From assembly GCA_947476535.1 (NCBI GenBank), contig CANJRC010000001.1, forward strand, positions 60,023 to 124,022: 64,000 nucleotides of DNA, read 5' to 3'. Both the position numbers and the translations under genes were made by a program. The stretch's first letter is position 1, and the number at the start of each line of letters is the position of its first letter. Positions 16,915-24,586 of the stretch are shown here, in pieces. This DNA comes from Betaproteobacteria bacterium (GTDB lineage Bacteria; Pseudomonadota; Gammaproteobacteria; Burkholderiales; SG8-39). The notes under the pieces are model-generated. The model saw nothing but the letters and a program-made list of their open reading frames with translations, did not search any database and was not told the origin of the DNA.

Positions 16915-17637
16915 ATGCGCGTCCTGATCGTCGAGGACGACGCCATGATGGGGCGTGCCACGCAGGCGGGCCTGGGCGAGCTGGGATTCGCCGCCGACTG
17001 GGTGCGCGACGGCGTGCAGGCCGACGCCGCCGTGCTGGCGACCCGCTTCGCCGCGCTGGTGCTGGACCTCGGCCTTCCGCGGCTCCCGGGCCTGGATCTG
17101 CTCAAGCGCATGCGTGCGCGCGGAGACCGCACGCCGGTGCTGGTGCTCACGGCGCGCGACGCCATCGGTGACCGCATCAAAGGTCTGGATACGGGCGCCG
17201 ATGACTACATGATCAAGCCATTTGACCTGCATGAACTCGCTGCACGCCTGCGCGCGCTGGTGCGCCGGGCCAACGGCGAAGCCGCACCGGTCATCGTTGC
17301 CGCCGGCGTTACGCTGGACCCGGCGACGCGCGCCGTGCAGTTTGCCGGGAACGCGGTGGAGCTTTCCGGCCGCGAGTTCGATGTGCTGCGCGAACTGATG
17401 CTGGCCGCGGGGCGCGTGCTCTCGCGCGACCAGATCGTTGAGCGCGTCTACACGGCGCAGGAGGAAGTGGAGAGCAATGCAATCGAAGTGCATGTGCACC
17501 ATCTGCGCCGCAAACTTGCGCCGGACCTCATCCGCACGCTGCGTGGCGTGGGCTACCTGTTCCGGCGAGAGGCAGCCGATCGAGATTGCCCGGGGGGCAG
17601 CCCAGGGAGAATCCCGGACGGAAAACGCACGCCATGA
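16915..17637 (+). CDS. OmpR/PhoB-family response regulator
   Basis: MRVLIVEDD receiver domain with DLGLP and DDYMIKPF. Winged-helix C-terminus ending RTLRGVGY. Confidence 0.9.
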   Translation: MRVLIVEDDAMMGRATQAGLGELGFAADWVRDGVQADAAVLATRFAALVLDLGLPRLPGLDLLKRMRARGDRTPVLVLTARDAIGDRIKGLDTGADDYMIKPFDLHELAARLRALVRRANGEAAPVIVAAGVTLDPATRAVQFAGNAVELSGREFDVLRELMLAAGRVLSRDQIVERVYTAQEEVESNAIEVHVHHLRRKLAPDLIRTLRGVGYLFRREAADRDCPGGSPGRIPDGKRTP

Positions 17638-19040
17638 CTGCCCACCCGATCGCCCCCGGCCATGCATCCTTGCGGCGACGCCTGATGGCGCTGCTGCTCG
17701 GCGTGACCGCCACTGCATGGGTGATTACCAGCGTCATCGGCTACCAGGGTGCACGTCACGAGGCCGAGGAAATTCTCGACGCGCATCTTGCGCAGACCGC
17801 GGCGCTATTGATCGCACAACCTGGCGGTGAGCTGGAGGAAATCGACACGGAACATGCCCCCGCACTGCATCGCTACAGCACCAAGGTCGCATTCCAGGTC
17901 TGGGAGCACGGGACAAGGCTGCGCCTGCACTCGGCCAATGCGCCGGACACCCCGCTGTCCAAAGTCCGGGACGGCTTCAGCTCCACCGTGTATGGCGGAA
18001 CGGAATGGCGTGCGTTCAGCGCCTGGGACAGGCGACGCGAGACGCTGGTGCAAGTGGCCGAACGGCAGGACTCCCGCGACGAGATTGCCGGGGCCTTGGC
18101 ATGGGGATTGGCGACCTCGCTCATGCTGGTGCTGCCCTTTCTCGGGGCCGCCGTGTGGCTCGCGATCGGCGAGGGTCTTCGCCCGCTGCACTTCCTTCAG
18201 AAGGAACTGGCGCGCCGCGGACCGGCGCATCTGCAGCCACTGCCTCACAACGGCGTACCAGCCGAAGTGCTGCCACTAGTAGACGAACTGAACCGCCTGT
18301 TCGCCCGAATCGACGCCCTGATCACGCGCGAGCGGCGCTTCACCGCCGACGCCGCACACGAACTGCGCACGCCACTCGCCGTGCTGCAACTCCAGGCACA
18401 GGTGGCGAACACGGCGGCGGCCAACGATGTTCGCCGAGAAGCGCTTGATGGCCTGATCGCCGGCACAGCGCGCGCCACGCGGCTGGTCGAACAGCTGCTG
18501 ACCCTGGCGCGATTGGAGGCGTCGTCGGCGACCTTCGAACCTGCAATGGCCGCGAATTGCGACCTTCGCGAAATAGTGCGCATGGAAGCGGCAACCCTGG
18601 CTCCCCAGGCACTCGAGCGCGGCATCGACATCGAGTTTGCCGGCAGTGAAAAGGTCACGGTCGCGGGACAGCCAGAGCTACTGGCCATCCTCGCCCGCAA
18701 CCTGATCGACAATGCGGTGCGCTATTCGCCCGCCAATGGAATGGTCATGCTGAGTGTCGATGCCGGAGAGGGCGGCGGCCCCAGCTTCACCGTCAGCAAT
18801 GCCGGCAACGCACTATCCGAGGAGGAGCGACAGCGACTGGGTGAGCGTTTTTACCGCCCGGCGGGAACCGACGCGCCCGGTAGCGGCATTGGCGTATCAA
18901 TCGTCGCGAGAATCGCCCAACTGCACGGCGGCAGCGTTGAGTTTCTGCCGGGGCCAGGAGGTTCCGGACTGCGAGTGCATGTCAAGCTCCCGCAGCGAGA
19001 ACCTGCAGGGGGCAACCCGGAATGCGCATCGTGCTCTTAG
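17634..19040 (+). CDS. Sensor histidine kinase (QseC/PmrB-like architecture)
   Basis: ATGA overlap with the response-regulator stop. Two TM segments, H-box FTADAAHELRTPL, N-box NLIDNAVRYS, and a G-box (GSGIGVSIV). Confidence 0.85.
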   Translation: MTAHPIAPGHASLRRRLMALLLGVTATAWVITSVIGYQGARHEAEEILDAHLAQTAALLIAQPGGELEEIDTEHAPALHRYSTKVAFQVWEHGTRLRLHSANAPDTPLSKVRDGFSSTVYGGTEWRAFSAWDRRRETLVQVAERQDSRDEIAGALAWGLATSLMLVLPFLGAAVWLAIGEGLRPLHFLQKELARRGPAHLQPLPHNGVPAEVLPLVDELNRLFARIDALITRERRFTADAAHELRTPLAVLQLQAQVANTAAANDVRREALDGLIAGTARATRLVEQLLTLARLEASSATFEPAMAANCDLREIVRMEAATLAPQALERGIDIEFAGSEKVTVAGQPELLAILARNLIDNAVRYSPANGMVMLSVDAGEGGGPSFTVSNAGNALSEEERQRLGERFYRPAGTDAPGSGIGVSIVARIAQLHGGSVEFLPGPGGSGLRVHVKLPQREPAGGNPECASCS

Positions 19041-19055
19041 AGCCATTTCACTATT

Positions 19056-19125
19056 GAGGGGATACTCCCCTCAAACTCCCCTACTTCAGGGACCATTTCC
19101 GTAATTCTGAAATGGTCTCTTAGAA
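19056..19125 (+). repeat. Two-module intergenic repeat, copy A (GAGGGGA-TAC-TCCCCTC palindrome + CTCCCCTAC + second hairpin CCATTTC/GAAATGG)
   Basis: About 85 percent identical to the copy at 63823-63892. The first module is shared with the inverted copy at 28807-28875. Confidence 0.85.
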
Positions 19126-19152
19126 TAGCGCTCCCCTGCCTTGGCAAATACG

Positions 19153-19905
19153 ATGATCCGATACCTGACCGCAGTACTGTTGATCACCGGCCTGATCCAA
19201 TCATCCGGCACCTGCGCGCAGGACATGAGTGGCCTGCGCATGGGCATGACGCGCGCCGAAGTGGAGGCCGTCACCGGGCCGCTCGAGCCCGACGACACCT
19301 CGTTCCTGCGCAATGCCTTTACCGCGCAGCGCCTGCCCGGCGAGACGGCCAATCCCCTGTTCTCGTTCGCAGAACGCAATGTGTATTTCGACGACGAGGG
19401 TCGGCTGTGGCGGATACGCCTTCGCATTCACAATGCCGAGGGCGCCCTGTTCGCGCCCGATGCGGCGATGGGCTTCTACCGTTCGCTGTCCACCCGACTG
19501 GAGACTGCGCACCGACTGGTGAATTCGCGCGAGCCGCAGCCGATGCAAAGACCGGGCGGCGACTGTGAACTTCCCGCTGCGGCTGCCAAGGACGATGGCG
19601 CCAAGCGCAGTGAGTCCGCAGTGAAGAAAAATGGCAAACGCCAGGCAAAAGCGCCTGCCGCCGCAACCAGGAAAGCGGCCGCGCCGCCACGCAATGCGGC
19701 ACCGGCCGTCGTCCGCCAGATCGCCTGCGGCGTGCTGACCACCTGGTCGCGCACCTTCGTGGCCAGCGGCGGCGTGGCCCATGACGTGGCCCTGCGTGAC
19801 GGCACGCTGACCGCCAGCCCGGTGATCTACCACCTCTATCGTATCGAAGGCAACGACCCGCAAAACCTGTCGATGTACCAGCGACTGCGTCGCAAGCAGG
19901 ATTGA
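19153..19905 (+). CDS. Hypothetical secreted protein
   Basis: ORF 19141..19905. ATG 19153 gives MIRYLTAVLLITGLIQSSGTCAQ, a signal or lipoprotein-like peptide. There is a central Lys/Ala-rich stretch. I recognise no family. Confidence 0.55.
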   Translation: MIRYLTAVLLITGLIQSSGTCAQDMSGLRMGMTRAEVEAVTGPLEPDDTSFLRNAFTAQRLPGETANPLFSFAERNVYFDDEGRLWRIRLRIHNAEGALFAPDAAMGFYRSLSTRLETAHRLVNSREPQPMQRPGGDCELPAAAAKDDGAKRSESAVKKNGKRQAKAPAAATRKAAAPPRNAAPAVVRQIACGVLTTWSRTFVASGGVAHDVALRDGTLTASPVIYHLYRIEGNDPQNLSMYQRLRRKQD

Positions 19906-20161
19906 GTCCGCTGGCCGGGAGTGAAACCGGGGCGGGAACTGTTCAGCCAATTGTCAGATACCCCGTCTTTCGAAGGATTCCGGATGCTGAAAACGGTCCG
20001 TAGAACCCCTGAATTTGCTGTCAGGGAACGCAGTTGAGTGCATAATTGCGCGTCTTTTTTTGGGGGGGGCTCGCGTTCCGCGCGAAACGCCCCTGGTCCA
20101 GTCTATTTCACGGCTATCGGTCGATAAGGTCGCATCGCTTGGAAGTTCAGGAGCAGGATAG

Positions 20162-21397
20162 ATGAGTGCACTTAAAACAACAGTCCTGGTGGTGGTTGGG
20201 GCTGCACTGGCAGGTGGCGGTTACTGGTACGGAACACAGCGCTTGCAGGACACCGGGGCGCCCGGCGGCGCAGCAGGTGGAGCGGCAAAGCAGGCCCAGG
20301 CCGGCGGCGGCGCAGGAAAAGCGCCTGGCGGCGGCCCGGTCCCGGTGGAGTCGAGCAAGGTCGGCACGGCGCAGATGCCGCAGGTCATCACCGCAGTGGG
20401 AAGCCTTCGCTCCGATGAGTCGGTGACGCTGCGCCCGGAAGTCGCGGGTCGCATCGTCGCCATCAAGTTCGAAGAGGGCCAGCGCGTCACCAAGGGCCAG
20501 ACCCTGATCCAGCTCGATGCATCGGTGAACCAGGCTGAAGTGCAGCAGGCGCGCACCAACCTCGATCTTGCCAAGTCGAAATACGACCGTGCCGTGGACT
20601 TGTCGAGCAAGAACTTCATTTCCGGGCAGGCACGCGACGAAGCAAAAAGCGCCTTCGAGCTGGCACAGGCCTCGCTCGCCCTGGTCGAGGCGCGTTTTGC
20701 CAAGACCGAAATCAAGGCACCCTTCTCCGGCATCATCGGCCTGCGCGTCATCTCCATCGGCGACTACGTCAAGGAAGGCAACGACATCGTCAACCTCGAG
20801 GCCATCGACCCGATCAAGGTGGACTTTCGCGTGCCGGAGAACTTCCTGCGCGACGTCAAGGTCGGCCAGACCATGCAGATCGCGCTCGACGCCATGCCCG
20901 GGAAGACCTATGACGGCAAGGTCATTGCGGTCAACCCGCTGCTCGACGCCGCTGGCCGCTCGATGGTGGTGCGGGCGCAGGTTCGCAATCAGGACGTCTC
21001 GCTGCGGCCCGGCATGTTTGCCCGCATCAGCCTAGTAACCCAGGCCAAGCGCGATGCCCTCATCGTCGCCGAAGAAGCCCTGGTACCCCAGGGAACCGAC
21101 AATTACCTGTTTCGCATTGTCGATGGAAAGGCCAATCGCGTGAAGGTCGAGACCGGCCAGCGCCGCGACGGCAAGGTGGAGATCGTCTCCGGCATCAACA
21201 AGGATGACGTCGTCGTCACCGCGGGACAGGCGCGACTGCGCGATGGCGCGACGGTTGCAATGGCGGCTGGCGATAAAGCTGGCACCCAGGGGGCGGACAA
21301 GGGCGGCGAGAAGGGCGACAGCAAGCCTGTCGACAAATCGAAGTCCGGGGCAGGCGCCCCTGGCGCCGCGGCTGCGAAGACTGCCCCGAAATCCTGA
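20162..21397 (+). CDS. Efflux RND transporter periplasmic adaptor (MFP/HlyD family)
   Basis: N-terminal TM segment and a coiled-coil hairpin region. ITAVGSLRSDESVTLRPEVAGRI and IKAPFSGIIG lipoyl-like motifs. Confidence 0.9.
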   Translation: MSALKTTVLVVVGAALAGGGYWYGTQRLQDTGAPGGAAGGAAKQAQAGGGAGKAPGGGPVPVESSKVGTAQMPQVITAVGSLRSDESVTLRPEVAGRIVAIKFEEGQRVTKGQTLIQLDASVNQAEVQQARTNLDLAKSKYDRAVDLSSKNFISGQARDEAKSAFELAQASLALVEARFAKTEIKAPFSGIIGLRVISIGDYVKEGNDIVNLEAIDPIKVDFRVPENFLRDVKVGQTMQIALDAMPGKTYDGKVIAVNPLLDAAGRSMVVRAQVRNQDVSLRPGMFARISLVTQAKRDALIVAEEALVPQGTDNYLFRIVDGKANRVKVETGQRRDGKVEIVSGINKDDVVVTAGQARLRDGATVAMAAGDKAGTQGADKGGEKGDSKPVDKSKSGAGAPGAAAAKTAPKS

Positions 21398-21454
21398 TCT
21401 AGGTTTCCACCAGCCGTTTGTTGTTCGAACTGACATTCGACACGAGGTAATCCG

Positions 21455-24400
21455 ATGACGCTTCCAGAGATTTGCATTCGCCGCCCGGTGTTTGCCACCG
21501 TGTTGTCGCTGGTCATCCTGCTGGTGGGCCTAATCTCCTACCAGCGACTGTCGGTGCGCGAGTATCCGCGCATCGACGAGCCCATCGTCAGTATCAATAC
21601 CGACTACCGCGGCGCATCGGCAGAAGTGGTCGAGTCCCAGGTCACCAAGGTTCTCGAGGACTCCCTCTCCGGCATCGAGGGCGTCGACCTCATGACCTCC
21701 CAGAGCCGGCCCGAGCGAAGCCTCATCAACGTGCGCTTCCGCCTCACCCGCAGCCCCGACTCGGCGGCTGCCGACGTGCGCGACAAGGTGTCTCGCGTGC
21801 GCGCCCGCCTGCCGCTGGAAGTCTCCGAGCCTGTGATCGCCAAGGTGGAAGCCGATTCGCAGCCCGTGCTCAACATTTCAGTGGAAGCCGGATCGCTGAC
21901 CACGCTGGAGGCGACCGACTACGTCAACCGCTACATCAAGCCGCGCCTGTCGGTGCTGCCAGGAGCCGCCGACGTGCGCATCTTCGGCGAGCGGCCGGTG
22001 GCCATGCGCGTGAACCTCGACCGCACGCGCCTCGCCGGCTACAAGCTCACCGTGCAGGACGTGGAAGACGCCCTGCGACGCCAGAACGCGGAAATCCCGG
22101 CCGGCCGCATCGAGTCCTCCACGCGCGAATTCACGGTCGTAGCCGAGACCGACGTGCGCACCCCAGATGCCTTCGGCCAGATCATCGTCGCCAACGTGGC
22201 CGGCTACCCGGTGCGCATCAAGGACGTCGGCAGCGTCGCCATCGGCGCGGCCAACGAGCGCACCGTATCCCGATTCAACGGCAATCCCTCGCTCAACATT
22301 GGCGTGATCAAGCAGGCGGTGGCCAATCCGCTGGAACTGTCCCAGGCCGTGCAGACGGAACTCAAGGTCATCAACGAGAACCTGCCGCCCGGCATGAAGC
22401 TAATCCTCGCCTACGACACCTCGCAGTTCATCGAACGCTCGATCAAATCGGTGTTTACGACCATCGTCGAGGCGGTTGCGCTGGTGGTGCTGGTGATCTT
22501 CTTTTTCCTCAGAAGCCTGCGCGCCACCATCATCCCCATCATCACCATCCCGGTGTCGCTGGTCGGCGCCTTCGGCCTGATGTACTTCTTCGGCTTCACC
22601 ATCAACACGCTGACGCTGCTGGCCATGGTGCTCGCCATCGGCCTGGTAGTGGATGACGCCATCGTGGTGCTCGAGAACATCTTCCGCCACATCGAGGACG
22701 GCATGACGCGCATGGACGCCGCCATGCAGGGTGCCAAGGAAATCGCCTTTGCGGTGATCGCCATGACCCTGACCCTGGCCTCGGTGTTCGCGCCGCTGGC
22801 GTTTGCCACCGGCCGCACGGGGCGGCTATTCATCGAATTCGCGCTGACGCTGGCGGGTGCCGTCATGGTATCGGGCTTCATGGCGCTGACGCTCACGCCG
22901 ATGATGTGTTCCCTCCTTCTCAAGCACGAAACCAAGCATTCCTGGCTCTACAACAAGATCGAAGCGGGGTTCGTTGCCTTCACCAACGGCTATCGCGCGT
23001 TACTCACCGCGGCGCTCGGCGCGCGCTGGTTCGTCGTGCTGTGCTGGTTCGCTGTCATGGGCGTGTGTACGGCGCTGTTCATGACGCTGAAATCCGAGCT
23101 CTCGCCGATCGAAGATCGCGGCATCATCTTCGGCGCCGTCACGGCACCACAAGGCTCCACACCCGTGTACACCGGCGATCAAATGAAGGCGATCGAGGGG
23201 TTCTACGCCCAGGTGCCAGAAGCCTTCGCCTACACTGCCATCGCCGGCTTCCCGACGGTGGTGGACGGCAACGCCATCTTGCGCCTGAAGCCCTGGGAAG
23301 AGCGCAAGAAGTCGCAGCAGCAGATTGCCGAGGAACTGCGGCCCAAGCTCGCCACCATTCCCGGCGCGCAGGTGTTCACCATCAACCCGCCGTCGCTCGG
23401 CCAGCGCTTCCGCTCCACCCCGATCGAGTACGTGATCATGGCGCAGGTGCCCTATGCCGAGCTAAACCGCATCGTCGATCGCTTCCTCGAGGAAGTGCGC
23501 AAGTTTCCCGGCGCACAGAACCTGCAGACCGACCTGCGATTGAACACGCCGGAAGTGCGCGTGCAGATCAACCGCGACAAGCTGGGCGATGTCGGCGTCA
23601 ACGTGGACAACGTTGGCCGAACCCTGGAGACCATGCTGGGCGGGCGCCAGGTGACCCGCTTCAAGCGCGATGGTGAACAGTACGACGTGATCGTGCAAGT
23701 GGCACCGGTAGACCGTTCCACCCCCGCCGACATCAGCGACATCTACGTGCGCAGCCGCAATGGCACCATGATCCAGCTGTCGAACTTCGTCGACGTCAAG
23801 GAGGGCGTGGCGCCGCAGTCGCTCAACCACTTCCAGCGCATGCGCGCGGTGAAGATCACCGGCACGCTGGCCCCCGGTTACACCATCGACGACGCGCTGA
23901 AGGCCTTAGATGCTGCGGCCAAGACAACCGTCGGCTCTGTCGCGCAAACGGGCCTGGACGGCCAGTCTCTGGAGTTCCGCAACTCGGGCAGCGAAATCTA
24001 TTTCGTGTTCGTGCTGGCGCTGTTTTTCATCTACCTGGTGCTCTCCGCGCAGTTCGAGAGCTTCACCTCGCCCTTCGTGATCATGCTCTCGGTACCCTTG
24101 TCGATGGCCGGCGCGTTGTTCCTGCTGTGGATCACAGGCGGCACGCTCAACATCTACAGCCAGGTGGGCCTCATCACCCTGGTGGGCCTGATTACCAAGC
24201 ACGGCATCCTGATCGTGGAATTCACCAACCAGCGGCGCGCCGCCGGAGAGGAGATGACGTCCGCCATCATCGATGCGGCCACCATGCGCCTGCGCCCCAT
24301 CCTGATGACCACGGGCGCCATGGTGCTCGGTGCGATGCCGCTGGCATTGGCCAGCGGGGCCGGCGCCGAATCACGCGCGCAGATCGGCATGGTGATCGTC

Positions 24401-24571
24401 GGCGGCATGTCGTTCGGCACATTGCTCACGCTGTTCGTGGTGCCGGTGGCCTACTCGCTGCTTGCACGCAAGGCGCATATCGAAGCGCATGGCATCGATC
24501 CGGCGGCCGAGCATGTGCCGCCCAGCGGGGGCGTACTCGGCCACCCGGTTCCCGAGCGCCGCCTGCCATAG
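21455..24571 (+). CDS. Efflux RND transporter permease (AcrB/AcrD/AcrF, MdtB/C-like)
   Basis: 1038 aa. N-terminus MTLPEICIRRPVFATVLSLVILLVG. Has VDDAIVVLENI and the 12-TM layout. Confidence 0.92.
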   Translation: MTLPEICIRRPVFATVLSLVILLVGLISYQRLSVREYPRIDEPIVSINTDYRGASAEVVESQVTKVLEDSLSGIEGVDLMTSQSRPERSLINVRFRLTRSPDSAAADVRDKVSRVRARLPLEVSEPVIAKVEADSQPVLNISVEAGSLTTLEATDYVNRYIKPRLSVLPGAADVRIFGERPVAMRVNLDRTRLAGYKLTVQDVEDALRRQNAEIPAGRIESSTREFTVVAETDVRTPDAFGQIIVANVAGYPVRIKDVGSVAIGAANERTVSRFNGNPSLNIGVIKQAVANPLELSQAVQTELKVINENLPPGMKLILAYDTSQFIERSIKSVFTTIVEAVALVVLVIFFFLRSLRATIIPIITIPVSLVGAFGLMYFFGFTINTLTLLAMVLAIGLVVDDAIVVLENIFRHIEDGMTRMDAAMQGAKEIAFAVIAMTLTLASVFAPLAFATGRTGRLFIEFALTLAGAVMVSGFMALTLTPMMCSLLLKHETKHSWLYNKIEAGFVAFTNGYRALLTAALGARWFVVLCWFAVMGVCTALFMTLKSELSPIEDRGIIFGAVTAPQGSTPVYTGDQMKAIEGFYAQVPEAFAYTAIAGFPTVVDGNAILRLKPWEERKKSQQQIAEELRPKLATIPGAQVFTINPPSLGQRFRSTPIEYVIMAQVPYAELNRIVDRFLEEVRKFPGAQNLQTDLRLNTPEVRVQINRDKLGDVGVNVDNVGRTLETMLGGRQVTRFKRDGEQYDVIVQVAPVDRSTPADISDIYVRSRNGTMIQLSNFVDVKEGVAPQSLNHFQRMRAVKITGTLAPGYTIDDALKALDAAAKTTVGSVAQTGLDGQSLEFRNSGSEIYFVFVLALFFIYLVLSAQFESFTSPFVIMLSVPLSMAGALFLLWITGGTLNIYSQVGLITLVGLITKHGILIVEFTNQRRAAGEEMTSAIIDAATMRLRPILMTTGAMVLGAMPLALASGAGAESRAQIGMVIVGGMSFGTLLTLFVVPVAYSLLARKAHIEAHGIDPAAEHVPPSGGVLGHPVPERRLP

Positions 24572-24586
24572 GATCGCGCCGCCGGC

